A stretch of DNA of 64,000 bases, from contig JBEKGP010000003.1 of assembly GCA_050012735.1 (NCBI GenBank), positions 13,149-77,148 on the forward strand, given 5' to 3'. The notes under the pieces were generated by a model, which ran no database searches, was not told the origin of the DNA, and worked only from the letters and a program-made list of their open reading frames with translations. Source of the DNA: Candidatus Dormibacteria bacterium. GTDB taxonomy: Bacteria > Chloroflexota > Dormibacteria > Aeolococcales > Aeolococcaceae. Positions 1 to 8,487 of the stretch are shown in pieces; the first letter of the stretch is position 1, and every line of letters begins with the position of its first letter. The position numbers and the translations under genes were made by a program.

Positions 1-100
1 CCAGGACGAGAGCCTCCAGGTTGGGCTTCTCGTTGAAGGTCGGGAGGATGACCAGCGCCCGATCCTGCGTCGCGATTGGGGTGGTCCGAACCTTTGGCAT
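1..100 (-). CDS. glycosyltransferase family 2 (polyprenol-phosphate sugar transferase-like); first 33 codons only, continues past the window edge
   Basis: The reverse complement of 1..100 reads MPKVRTTPIATQDRALVILPTFNEKPNLEALVL. VILPTxNE is the usual N-terminus of GT2/Dpm1-like enzymes. The start lies 8 nt downstream of the stop of the GNAT gene at 109. Confidence 0.5.
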   Translation of the reverse strand, partial: MPKVRTTPIATQDRALVILPTFNEKPNLEALVL

Positions 101-108
101 TTTGCGGA

Positions 109-711
109 CTATGACTCAAAGCCCTCCGGTCCCGCCCCGCCCCGGACCCGCGGCGGGCCCCCGCGAGAGCCCCGCCAATCGTCGGCGGTGAGCTGGAACA
201 GCCGGCCGTCGCGCCGGCGGCCGCCCACCGGGGCGAAGTCGTGGACGACTCCCACCTGCTGGAAGCCGTTCGCCTCCAGGGCCCGGCAGGAGGCAGCGTT
301 GTCGAGGTCGGTGGTGGCGTGGAGGCGGCTGAGGCCCAGGCGGTCGAAGGCGTGGCCCACCGCCAGGCCGATGGCCCGGGTGGCGACGCCGCGGCGCCGC
401 TCACGGGGGGCCACCCAGTAGCCGATGTCCGCGCTCTGGAGGATGTCGCGCCGGATCCGATCCAGCGAGAGGTGGCCGGCGATGGCACCGGAGACGGTGA
501 TGACCAATCCCTCCGCCGCCTCGTCGGCCAGGCATCGCCGCACGCGCTCCCCCTGCCCGTCGGCGGTCAGGAACTCCGGGCCGCACCAGGGCTCCTCGAC
601 CGCAAGCTCGGTCGCCGAGGCCGCGTACATCGCCGCCAGCTCCTCGGCGTCGGCCATCTCCCAGGGCCGGAGACCAACCTCGGCGGGAGGGCGGATCCTC
701 GAGGCAGCCAC
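109..711 (-). CDS. GNAT family N-acetyltransferase (RimJ/RimL-like)
   Basis: 200-aa ORF. It has an acetyl-CoA binding core of the RRRGVATRAIGLAVGHAF type followed by NxASCRALEANGF, typical of the Acetyltransf_3 subgroup. Confidence 0.8.
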   Translation of the reverse strand: MAASRIRPPAEVGLRPWEMADAEELAAMYAASATELAVEEPWCGPEFLTADGQGERVRRCLADEAAEGLVITVSGAIAGHLSLDRIRRDILQSADIGYWVAPRERRRGVATRAIGLAVGHAFDRLGLSRLHATTDLDNAASCRALEANGFQQVGVVHDFAPVGGRRRDGRLFQLTADDWRGSRGGPPRVRGGAGPEGFES

Positions 712-810
712 GCTCCCACCCTAGCACTCGGGATTTGCGCCGAAGCCACCGTTTCCGGGCGGGAACGGTGGCGCCTCCGGGCATCCGCGCCCCCGACGTC
801 GCGGGGCTCC

Positions 811-2043
811 TCAGCTCCGGACCAGCCTCCCGCCGGCGATCACCCGGGCCACCGGGTTGGCCCCCAGGTGGTAGCCGACGTCGAGCCAGTCGCGGGTATC
901 CAGCACCAGGGCGTCGCAGCGCAGGCCGGGGAGGAGCCGGCCCCGGTCGTTGAGCCCCAGGGCGGCGGCGCCCCCGGCGGTCGCGGCCAGCAGCGCCTCC
1001 GCCGGGGTGAGGCCGGCGGTGGCCACGCCCAGCGACACCATCAGCGGCATCGACTCGCACCAGCAGGTGCCCGGGTTGCAGTCGGTGGCCAGTGCGACCG
1101 TGACCCCTGCCTCCAGCAGCCGGCGTCCGGGCGGCGGGGGACCGTCCAGGACCATCGAGGCCCCGGGGAGGAGCACCCCGGTCACCCCGGCTCTAGCGAG
1201 ACCGCGCAGGTCGCCGTCGGTGGCGTGGTCCAGGTGGTCGGCGGAGGCGGCCCCCATGCGCGCCGCCAGGGCGGACCCGCCGCTGTGGCTGCGCTGGTCG
1301 GCGTGGATCTTGGCCCGCAGCCCGTGCGTCCGGGCCGCCACCAGCAGCCGCTCGCACTCGTCGACCTCCCAGGCACCGATCTCGCAGAAGCAGTCCACGA
1401 AGCCGGCCAGGGACGCGGCGGCGGCGAGGCCCTCGCCGAGCACCCTCTCCAGGTAGGCGGCGCGGTCGCCGTCGGGGAGCCCGTGGAGGGGGAGGTAGGT
1501 CGTGACCACCTCGGGCAGGTCCGCTTCCTCGCCGAGCGTCCGGGCGGCCCTGAGCTGGCGCAGCTCCGCCTCCAGGCTCTGGCCGTATCCGCTCTTGATC
1601 TCGACGGTGGTGGTGCCCAGCCGGAGCATGCGGCGGGCTCGCTCTCGAGCCGCGGTCGCCAGCTCCGGGACGGTGCCCGCCGCGGTGGCGGCCACGGTGC
1701 TCCGGATGCCACCCCCCTTCTCCGCGATCTCCTCGTACGAGGCGCCTCCGGCGCGGAGCGCATACTCCTCCGACCGCTCCCCCAGCCAGATCAGATGGGT
1801 GTGGGCGTCGACGAAACCGGGGATGACCGCCGCCCCGTGGGCGTCCAGCTCGATGGTCTCCGGCCCGATCGCGACCTCGAGGCCCGACGCGGGCCCCGCG
1901 TAGACGATGCGGTCCCCGCTCGCCGCCAGCGCCGCGTCCTCGACCAGTCCGGGAGCCGGCAACCGCGGGTCGCCGGTGACGAGCCGGCCGACGTTGACCA
2001 CGACCAGGGTCGCCGCCTCCCCGGGCGGGCGACCACCGGTCAC
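811..2043 (-). CDS. hutI: imidazolonepropionase
   Basis: Motifs IPGFVDAHTHLIW, YEEIxxKGGGIxST, KIHADQ and ATDCNPG are present. The GTG at 2043 overlaps the hutH stop (GTGA). The track ORF extends to 2100, but that stretch overlaps hutH. Confidence 0.9.
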   Translation of the reverse strand: MTGGRPPGEAATLVVVNVGRLVTGDPRLPAPGLVEDAALAASGDRIVYAGPASGLEVAIGPETIELDAHGAAVIPGFVDAHTHLIWLGERSEEYALRAGGASYEEIAEKGGGIRSTVAATAAGTVPELATAARERARRMLRLGTTTVEIKSGYGQSLEAELRQLRAARTLGEEADLPEVVTTYLPLHGLPDGDRAAYLERVLGEGLAAAASLAGFVDCFCEIGAWEVDECERLLVAARTHGLRAKIHADQRSHSGGSALAARMGAASADHLDHATDGDLRGLARAGVTGVLLPGASMVLDGPPPPGRRLLEAGVTVALATDCNPGTCWCESMPLMVSLGVATAGLTPAEALLAATAGGAAALGLNDRGRLLPGLRCDALVLDTRDWLDVGYHLGANPVARVIAGGRLVRS

Positions 2044-3572
2044 GCCAGGGCTCCCGCCGCCGATTCCACCGCCTGTCGCCAGTCGCCGCCGCGCAGCCAT
2101 TCCGTCGCCGCCTCCAGATCAGGAGCGAGGGGCCGGTCGGCGTCCAGGTGGGGGACCCGCCCGCGCAGCGATGCGAGCAGGGCGCCGGTGGCGGGCCCGG
2201 GGTGAAGGGGGGCCCGCAGCTCGAGCGCCTGGGCTGCGCAGACCAGCTCGACCGCCAGCACCTGACGGAGCAGCTCCAGGCTGTGCCGGCTGCGCAGCGC
2301 CGCGGCGAAGCCCATCGAGACGTGGTCCTCCTGGCCGCCACTTGTGTCGAGGCTCTGGACCGCGTACGGGGTGGCCGTCTGGCGGAGCTGGGTCACGCAG
2401 CTCGCGGCGGTGTACTGGGTCATCATCAGGCCGCTGTTGAGCCCCGGCTCCGGGCTCAGGAAGGCGGGGAGACCGCGGGACCGCGAGGGGTCGAGAAGCC
2501 GGTTGGTCCGCCTCTCACTGATCGCGGCCGTGTCCGCGGCCAGGGAGGCCAGGAAGTCGGCGGCGTAGGCGAGTGCCTGCCCGTGAAAGTTGCCGGTCGA
2601 GAAGAGCGCGCCCCGGTCGGCGAGCACCACCGGGTTGTCGACCACGCTCGCCATCTCCCGCTCCACCGTCTGCCGGCAGAAGGCGAGGACATCGCGGGCG
2701 GCTCCGTGGACCTGGGGGGCGCAGCGCAGCGAGTAGGCGTCCTGGACGGCGTGGTGCGAGCTGCGGTGGGAGGCGACGATGGGGGAGCCGTCGAGGAGGG
2801 CCCGGAGGTTGGCGGCACTCGACTGCTGTCCCGGCGCGGGACGGAGCGCGACCACGTCGGGGTCGAAGACCCGCGGGGTGCCGAGGAGGGCTTCGACGGT
2901 CATCCCGCAGGCGCAGTCCAGGGCCAGCAGCAGCGCCTCCGTGTCGTGGATGGCGAGGGCCAGGATGGCGGTCATCCCCTCGGTGCCGTTGATCAGCGCC
3001 AGCCCTTCCTTGGGGCCGAGGTCGATCGGCTCGATCCCCGCCTCCGCCAGGGCCTCGGCTGCCGCACGGCGCCCTCCCCGGCCGTCGTCGACCCAGCCCT
3101 CGCCGACCAGGACCGAGGCGGCATGGGCCAGCGGCGCGAGATCCCCGGACGCTCCGACCGAGCCGTGCTCAGGGACCCACGGGGTGATCCCGGCGTTGAG
3201 CAGGGCGCAGATCGCCTCGGGAAGGCTCTCCCTCACCCCCGAGTGGCCCGCGGTCAGGCTGCGGGCCCGGAGCAGGAGCATGCCCCGCACCACCTCGGCG
3301 GGAAGCGGTGCCCCGACCCCGGCCGAATGGCTGCGGAGGATCGCGCGCTGGAGCTCGACCCGCTGGTCCGCCGGGATGACCCGGTCGGCGAGCGCCCCGA
3401 AGCCGGTGTTGACCCCGTAGACGGGGCCTCCGGCGGCGTCGAGCCGCTCCACCAGGGCCCGGGAAGCGGCCATCCGCCGGCGTGCGGCGTCGCCGACCTC
3501 GACCGCCTCCCGGTGGCGGGCGACGCCGACCAGGTCGCGGAGGCTGAGCGGAGAACCGTCGAGAGAGAGCAC
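2040..3572 (-). CDS. hutH: histidine ammonia-lyase
   Basis: 510 aa. It carries GASGDLAPLAH, containing the Ala-Ser-Gly triad that forms the MIO cofactor. It resembles aromatic amino acid lyases along its full length and starts at a GTG. Confidence 0.95.
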   Translation of the reverse strand: MLSLDGSPLSLRDLVGVARHREAVEVGDAARRRMAASRALVERLDAAGGPVYGVNTGFGALADRVIPADQRVELQRAILRSHSAGVGAPLPAEVVRGMLLLRARSLTAGHSGVRESLPEAICALLNAGITPWVPEHGSVGASGDLAPLAHAASVLVGEGWVDDGRGGRRAAAEALAEAGIEPIDLGPKEGLALINGTEGMTAILALAIHDTEALLLALDCACGMTVEALLGTPRVFDPDVVALRPAPGQQSSAANLRALLDGSPIVASHRSSHHAVQDAYSLRCAPQVHGAARDVLAFCRQTVEREMASVVDNPVVLADRGALFSTGNFHGQALAYAADFLASLAADTAAISERRTNRLLDPSRSRGLPAFLSPEPGLNSGLMMTQYTAASCVTQLRQTATPYAVQSLDTSGGQEDHVSMGFAAALRSRHSLELLRQVLAVELVCAAQALELRAPLHPGPATGALLASLRGRVPHLDADRPLAPDLEAATEWLRGGDWRQAVESAAGALA

Positions 3573-3581
3573 GCCGGGCCC

Positions 3582-3587
3582 AGCGTA
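3582..3587 (-). promoter_or_regulatory. candidate -10 box (TACGCT) for a leaderless hutH transcript
   Basis: The minus strand reads TACGCT gggcccggc GTG. This is a TANNNT hexamer 9 nt upstream of the start codon, with no Shine-Dalgarno sequence. Confidence 0.35.
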
Positions 3588-3623
3588 GCCGTTCTGTATG
3601 AGGCCGCTCCGGGGAGCCGGGGG

Positions 3624-3629
3624 TATGCT
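3624..3629 (+). promoter_or_regulatory. candidate -10 box (TATGCT) for the leaderless lipoprotein gene at 3638
   Basis: The sequence reads TATGCT ggcctcag ATG, a spacing of 8 nt, with no Shine-Dalgarno sequence. Confidence 0.35.
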
Positions 3630-3637
3630 GGCCTCAG

Positions 3638-4567
3638 ATGCGAGCCCACGTCTCCCGTCGCTCCCTCGCCGTCCTCGCGGCCGGAGCCGCCGCGCTGCTC
3701 GCGGCCGCCTGCGGCCCCGGAGCGGTCCTCACCGCCGAGACGCCGGACCAATCCGTCGCCGCAGCGCTCCAGACGGCGCAGACCACCCCCCTGCGGGCAG
3801 CTATGACCGGGCAGGTCACCCTGGACACGTCGAGCCTCAGCGGTCTCCCGGCGTCGATCCGGAGCGCGCTCGGCAAGCTCGGGAGCGGAGGCTCCGCGAC
3901 CGGGCAGCTCGTGCAGGAGAGCGGCGCGCGCCGCCAGCTCACGGCCAGCGCCGGCGGTAGCAGCGTGCGCCTGGTCGAGTACGACGGCCACGGCTACGTC
4001 AGCCAGGATGGCGGCGGGTACGCGGAGGTCTCCGGCACCCTTCCCGCCAGCGCCTCCATCACCTCCACCGAGTTGACCACCGCGGTCGCGGCGCTCAGCT
4101 TCCAGGACCAGGGCCCCGCCACCGTCAGCGGTGTGAGCACCGAGCGTTACACCGCTTCGATCACCGTCCCCTCCCTCGAGAAGGTTGCCCAGGCCCTGGG
4201 CGGCAGCGCCACCGGCAGCACCCAGCTCGCCCCGATGCTCGCCATGCTGGCGCGCTATGTGACCGGCAGCGGATCGGTGGACCTCTGGGTCAGCATACGG
4301 GACGGGAGCCTGGTGCGCGGGACCCTTTCCGGCTCGCTCTCCGTGGACGTGGGCGCGGCGGCCTCCGCGCTCGCCGGCCTGCTCGCGCCCTCGTCCGGGT
4401 CGGCGTCGCTGCCGGCGGGGACGCTCGGGGTGAGCCTCAGCCTGGGATTCGACGTCTCGGACTACGGCAGCTCGGTGACCGTCACCAAGCCGGTTGCCAC
4501 CTCCACGCTCCCCGCGGGCGGGGCCTGGTCGGGGATGATGGGCATGGGGTCAGGCGCGTCCATCTGA
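3638..4567 (+). CDS. putative secreted lipoprotein, function unknown
   Basis: The N-terminus MRAHVSRRSLAVLAAGAAALLAAAC has a lipobox-like LAAAC. The mature part is Ser/Gly/Ala-rich with no catalytic motif recognised. Confidence 0.6.
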   Translation: MRAHVSRRSLAVLAAGAAALLAAACGPGAVLTAETPDQSVAAALQTAQTTPLRAAMTGQVTLDTSSLSGLPASIRSALGKLGSGGSATGQLVQESGARRQLTASAGGSSVRLVEYDGHGYVSQDGGGYAEVSGTLPASASITSTELTTAVAALSFQDQGPATVSGVSTERYTASITVPSLEKVAQALGGSATGSTQLAPMLAMLARYVTGSGSVDLWVSIRDGSLVRGTLSGSLSVDVGAAASALAGLLAPSSGSASLPAGTLGVSLSLGFDVSDYGSSVTVTKPVATSTLPAGGAWSGMMGMGSGASI

Positions 4568-4600
4568 CCTGGATCGGTCTGACCGCCCCGGCGCGACCCC

Positions 4601-4966
4601 CTACTCGGACGACTCCTTCCAGCCGAGGTGCTTCCAGCGGGAGATGCCGCGCAGGCCGAGCCGCGAGATGTGCAGCTGCTGGAACTCGCCGTAGGCGCCC
4701 GCAGCGGCAGTGTCCACGGAGAGGTAGACAGCCCTGTCGGTGATGCGCGCGATGTCCGACGCCGGCGCCAGGCAGGGATGCCCGTGGGCATGGTGGGCAA
4801 AGACGATGCCGTGGAAAATGTCCTCGCTGGCCAATGCCGCCACCTCGAGGACGTGACCCACCTCCGTGCCGTCACTGGCCACGACGGGGGCGTGTGCGGG
4901 GACGTCGAGCCAGGAAACCTGCTGTTCGCCGGTCGTGTCTGAATGCTCGCTGTAGAGGTCGTCCAT
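4601..4966 (-). CDS. small hypothetical protein, possibly PRC-barrel/DUF2171-like
   Basis: 121-aa ORF with a pattern (VVASDGTEVGHVLEV...IARITDRAVYLSV) reminiscent of PRC-barrel proteins. This is a weak call. Confidence 0.4.
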   Translation of the reverse strand: MDDLYSEHSDTTGEQQVSWLDVPAHAPVVASDGTEVGHVLEVAALASEDIFHGIVFAHHAHGHPCLAPASDIARITDRAVYLSVDTAAAGAYGEFQQLHISRLGLRGISRWKHLGWKESSE

Positions 4967-5027
4967 GGCTCCTCACTATGGCAGGGTGGGCCGGCCGCCC
5001 CGCCCGTCCGCACCGTAGGGCGCACGC

Positions 5028-6599
5028 GTGGCGCGGCCCCGGCTCAGTAGGATGCCCGCCGTGCACTGGTCCACCCGCCTCACCGCGACCGCCTCCCGGA
5101 TCTGGGCGAGCACCGGCCGGCTGACCCTGTGCGGCCTCGCGGTCGGCAGCATGGGGCTCGGGGTGATGTGGAGCTTCGGCATCCTCTCCCATCTCGGCCT
5201 GATGCTGGTGCTGATCTCCTCGGGGCTGGCGATGCTGGCGCTGCGCGGGGGCCGATGGCGCCAGGGTCGGGGCTGGTGGATGGTGATCACCATCGGCTGC
5301 GGCCTCACCAACCTGCTCTACACCCGGCACTTCCATCACCTGCCGGATCTCCAGGTGCTCTTTGCGCTCCTGCTGACCGCTCTGACGGCGGCGGCGGCGT
5401 GGCTGCCCCGGGGGCGGCTGAGCAGGGTGCTGCTCGGGCTGGCCGGCGTGTCCCTGGTGGGGCTGACGGCGGCAGGGATGCTCTGGGGGTCCGCCGACAT
5501 CGACGTCTTCACCGCCCTCCAGGGCGCCGCCGAGGCCCTGATCCATGGCCACAACCCCTACGGCCCGGTGTTCCGCTACTTCGTGGAGGTCAAGCCCAAC
5601 CTCTTCAAGACGGTCGCGCCCAACTTCGTCTGGGGGCACTTCCCGTATGGGCCGATCGTGCCCCTCCTCGCCGTTCCGGGCCGTCTGCTCGGGGACGTGC
5701 GGGTGATGTCGATGGTCTGCGTGCTCGCCACCGTGGCCGGTCTCTGGCGCATCGCCGCGCAGGGGGACGCGGCCTCCGATGCCCATCGAGTGGTCGCTTT
5801 GGCGCTCGCGTCACCGCTCTGGGTCGGAATGGTCCATCAGGGCTGGGTCGACGTCTACATGATGGTCGGAATCGTCTGGTGGCTGGCGCTGCGGCACGAC
5901 CACCGGGGCTGGGCGACGGTCGCGCTCACCGCCGGGGTGATGGTGAAGTTCACCTCGCTGGTGGTGCTGCTGCCCGCCTTCCTCTGGTCGAGGCGGGGCC
6001 GTCGCGAGATCGTGCTGGCGGTGCTCTGCTCGCTGGTGGTGATGGTCCCCTTCGCCCTCATGACCGGGGTTGGGACCTTCGTCTACAGCCTCGTCGGCTA
6101 CCAGCTCAACCTTCCCTTCCGGACCGACTCCCTGAGCCTCGCCGCGCTCCTCTACCACATGACCCGCATCAAGCTGCCGACGGTGCTCCCCTTCGTTCCC
6201 CTGGCGGTGGGCGCGGCCTGGATCGCCTGGCGCGGCCGTCCTCGCTGCGAAGGTGACCTGGCTCTGCAGGCTGCGCTGCTCAACGTGGCCGCCTTCATCC
6301 TCGCCAAGCAGGCGTTCTTCAACTACTACTTCGAGTCGGAGGTGCTGCTGCTCGCCGCCATGGCCGGTGCCGGTCGGGCGCTGCCTGAGGCCGACGTCGC
6401 CCTCCCGGACGTCGCCGGACTGCTGCGGCGCATCGGTATCCGGATGCCCCCGCGCCGGACGCCGGCAGCCGTAGACACGGCCGCCAGGCTGACGCCACCG
6501 CCCACCAGGAAGGCCAGCTGGGTGCCGCCGACCGAGCTCAGCCAACCGGCGAGAAGGCCGCCGATCGGGGCGGGCACCCCGGTGAAGATGTACCCGTAG
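5028..6599 (+). CDS. polytopic membrane glycosyltransferase, GT-C fold (DUF2029/GT87-like)
   Basis: The ORF has many hydrophobic segments. The first periplasmic loop DIDVFTALQGAAEALIHGHNPYG resembles the DxxxY...G.NPY loop of PimE-like mannosyltransferases. The start is uncertain (GTG 5028 or ATG 5052). The 3' tail overlaps the convergent MFS gene. Confidence 0.55.
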   Translation: MARPRLSRMPAVHWSTRLTATASRIWASTGRLTLCGLAVGSMGLGVMWSFGILSHLGLMLVLISSGLAMLALRGGRWRQGRGWWMVITIGCGLTNLLYTRHFHHLPDLQVLFALLLTALTAAAAWLPRGRLSRVLLGLAGVSLVGLTAAGMLWGSADIDVFTALQGAAEALIHGHNPYGPVFRYFVEVKPNLFKTVAPNFVWGHFPYGPIVPLLAVPGRLLGDVRVMSMVCVLATVAGLWRIAAQGDAASDAHRVVALALASPLWVGMVHQGWVDVYMMVGIVWWLALRHDHRGWATVALTAGVMVKFTSLVVLLPAFLWSRRGRREIVLAVLCSLVVMVPFALMTGVGTFVYSLVGYQLNLPFRTDSLSLAALLYHMTRIKLPTVLPFVPLAVGAAWIAWRGRPRCEGDLALQAALLNVAAFILAKQAFFNYYFESEVLLLAAMAGAGRALPEADVALPDVAGLLRRIGIRMPPRRTPAAVDTAARLTPPPTRKASWVPPTELSQPARRPPIGAGTPVKMYP

Positions 6600-7675
6600 A
6601 AGGCCATCGCCCGGCCGCGAAGCCGGTCGGGAGCGGCCAGCTGCACCGTGGCGTTGCTCATCGACGTGTAGGTGGTGAAGGCGACGCCGGTGACCACCAG
6701 CATCGCGCCACAGGCGATCACCCAGTGGAGCGGCGCCAGGACCATCAGGAGCGCTGAGAAGGCGGCGCCTCCCCCCAGCAGGATGGGCCAGCTCGGCCTG
6801 CCCACCGCGGCGGTGAAGAGGGCTCCGATAAGGGCTCCGAAGCCGAAGCAGGCGGTCATGATGCCGAACACGACCGGTCCCGACCGGAGGGTCACGGTGG
6901 CGAGCACCGGGAGCAGGACGCTGAAGTTGATGCCGAAGGTGGAGACCACGAGCATCAGCCCGCAGGTCAGCCAGGCGGCGCGGGTGTGCACCACCCAGAC
7001 CATCCCTTCGCCGAGGCTGTGCAGCACCCGGTGCTCCTCGTCCCGCTCACCGCGGTAGAGCTCGGAGGTGCGCATCAGCAGCAGGCTGGCGATGACCGCG
7101 AGGAAGCTGGCCGCGTTGACGGCGAAGCAGATGGTCACGCCCAGGGTGGCGATGAGGACCCCGGCCAGTGCCGGCCCCGCCGCCCGTGCAAGGTTGAAGA
7201 GCGAGGCGTTCAGCGACACCGCGTTGGGCAGCTCCTTGCGGCCCACCATCTCGAACACGAAGGCCTGTCGGGCCGGCATGTCGACGACCTGCACCGCACC
7301 GCCGACCGCGGCCAGGAGAAAGACCTCCAACACGGTCGCCTGCCCGGTCAGGGCCAGAAGGGCGAGGGCGGCGGCGGTCAGCATCAGGGTCGTCTGGGTG
7401 GCGATGATCGTGGCGCGCTTGTCGAAGCGGTCCACGAGCGGTCCGCCGAGCAGCCCAAAGACGGTGTAGGGCAGGAACTGGAAGGTCGCGAGCGCCCCCA
7501 GGGCGAGCGGGGACCTGGTCGGGGAGTGGGTGAGCTCGACGATCATCCATGCCTGGGCGACGTTCTGCACCCAGGTTCCGGAGATCGAGATCGCCTGCCC
7601 GGCGAAGAAGAGCCGGTAGTTGCGATGGCGCTGGAGGCTGCGGAAGGTGCGGGCTGAGGCGCTGGTCACGCTCAT
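6326..7675 (-). CDS. MFS transporter (EntS/MFS_3-like exporter)
   Basis: 449 aa. The N-terminal FRSLQRHRNYRLFFAGQAISISGTWVQNVAQAW signature and the hydrophobicity pattern fit about 12 TM segments. The gene is coupled to marR upstream by an ATGA overlap. Confidence 0.85.
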   Translation of the reverse strand: MSVTSASARTFRSLQRHRNYRLFFAGQAISISGTWVQNVAQAWMIVELTHSPTRSPLALGALATFQFLPYTVFGLLGGPLVDRFDKRATIIATQTTLMLTAAALALLALTGQATVLEVFLLAAVGGAVQVVDMPARQAFVFEMVGRKELPNAVSLNASLFNLARAAGPALAGVLIATLGVTICFAVNAASFLAVIASLLLMRTSELYRGERDEEHRVLHSLGEGMVWVVHTRAAWLTCGLMLVVSTFGINFSVLLPVLATVTLRSGPVVFGIMTACFGFGALIGALFTAAVGRPSWPILLGGGAAFSALLMVLAPLHWVIACGAMLVVTGVAFTTYTSMSNATVQLAAPDRLRGRAMAFYGYIFTGVPAPIGGLLAGWLSSVGGTQLAFLVGGGVSLAAVSTAAGVRRGGIRIPMRRSSPATSGRATSASGSARPAPAMAASSSTSDSK

Positions 7676-8148
7676 CGAGAGGCGCTGCCCTCCACGAGCG
7701 CGGTGAGCGGCTCGAGGGCCCCCTCCAAGGTGGCCAGCTGGTCGGGGGTCAGCCGCCGCAGCTGCTCGGCGAGCCAGGCGGTGCGACTGCTGCGGGCGGT
7801 CCGCAGGAGCCGGGCCCCATCGGGGGTGACGGCGATGTCCACCCGCCGGCGATCACCCGCGATGCCCCGGGCCCGGGCCACCAGACCGGCGGCCTCCAGC
7901 TTGTCCACGGCGTTCGACATCGAAGGGGCGGAGATGCCCTCCCGGCTGGCCAGCTCGTTGATGCCCACGCCCGGCTTCCTGCTGATCAGGGAGAGGATCT
8001 CCACCTGGCCCCCCGTCAGGGGGGTGCCCTCGACCACGCGCCGGAGGTGGCGGGCGAGATGGAGGAGGAGGGGGCGCAGCTGGTTGGCGAGCGCCAGGTC
8101 CTCGGCGGTCGTCGCCTTGACGGGCTGGGGTGCGAGGAGTGCGGGCAT
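7672..8148 (-). CDS. MarR family transcriptional regulator
   Basis: 158 aa. A winged-helix core is present (LTGGQVEILSLISRKPGVGINELASREGISAPSMSNAVDKLEAAGLVARAR...DRR). Its stop overlaps the MFS start. Confidence 0.9.
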   Translation of the reverse strand: MPALLAPQPVKATTAEDLALANQLRPLLLHLARHLRRVVEGTPLTGGQVEILSLISRKPGVGINELASREGISAPSMSNAVDKLEAAGLVARARGIAGDRRRVDIAVTPDGARLLRTARSSRTAWLAEQLRRLTPDQLATLEGALEPLTALVEGSASR

Positions 8149-8156
8149 CCTCAGTA

Positions 8157-8185
8157 ATTATATAGGCTAACTATTTGCTTGGCAA
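8157..8185 (-). promoter_or_regulatory. sigma-70-type promoter of the marR-MFS operon (leaderless)
   Basis: The minus strand reads TTGCCA, a 17-nt spacer, TATAAT, 8 nt, then ATG. This sits in the only AT-rich patch of the region. Confidence 0.55.
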
Positions 8186-8195
8186 CCCGGGGTTG
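8183..8195. promoter_or_regulatory. perfect 13-bp palindrome CAACCCGGGGTTG overlapping the marR -35; candidate MarR operator
   Basis: The inverted repeat is seen directly in the sequence. Its position over the -35 hexamer fits autoregulation. Confidence 0.4.
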
Positions 8196-8301
8196 TTGCA
8201 CACTTGACGCCCGGCCTGCCTGCCGGGCCTCAGGTCCGCCCACCGGCGGGGTCGCGAGCCGCCGGCGCGCGGGAGGCGGCGACCGAGCAAGGAGAGACGC
8301 G

Positions 8302-8484
8302 TTGGTCGGGACCACCCCGGGGGCGCCGGACGGCGACGGGGCGTCGGGGGATGCTCCCCTGCGGCGTCCGGCCGCCAACCTCTTCACGGGGATGCCGCCG
8401 CTCCTAATGCTCGGGCTCGGCGTCGTGATGGGCGCCGCCATCAGCTTTGCCCTGGGTGTCGTCTTCTGGTCGGTCTTCGCGTAG
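8302..8484 (+). CDS. small membrane protein (60 aa), hypothetical
   Basis: A TTG start is preceded by AAGGAGAG at about 6 nt. The C-terminal segment MPPLLMLGLGVVMGAAISFALGVVFWSVFA is a clear TM helix, and third-position GC is high from here on. Confidence 0.35.
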   Translation: MVGTTPGAPDGDGASGDAPLRRPAANLFTGMPPLLMLGLGVVMGAAISFALGVVFWSVFA

Positions 8485-8487
8485 GCG

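Noticed and set aside
8179-8301. The N-terminal 41 codons of the track ORF 8179..8484.
   Set aside because: They are Arg/Gly-rich with low third-position GC and overlap the marR promoter/operator. A TTG with a strong AAGGAGAG site at 8302 is a better start.
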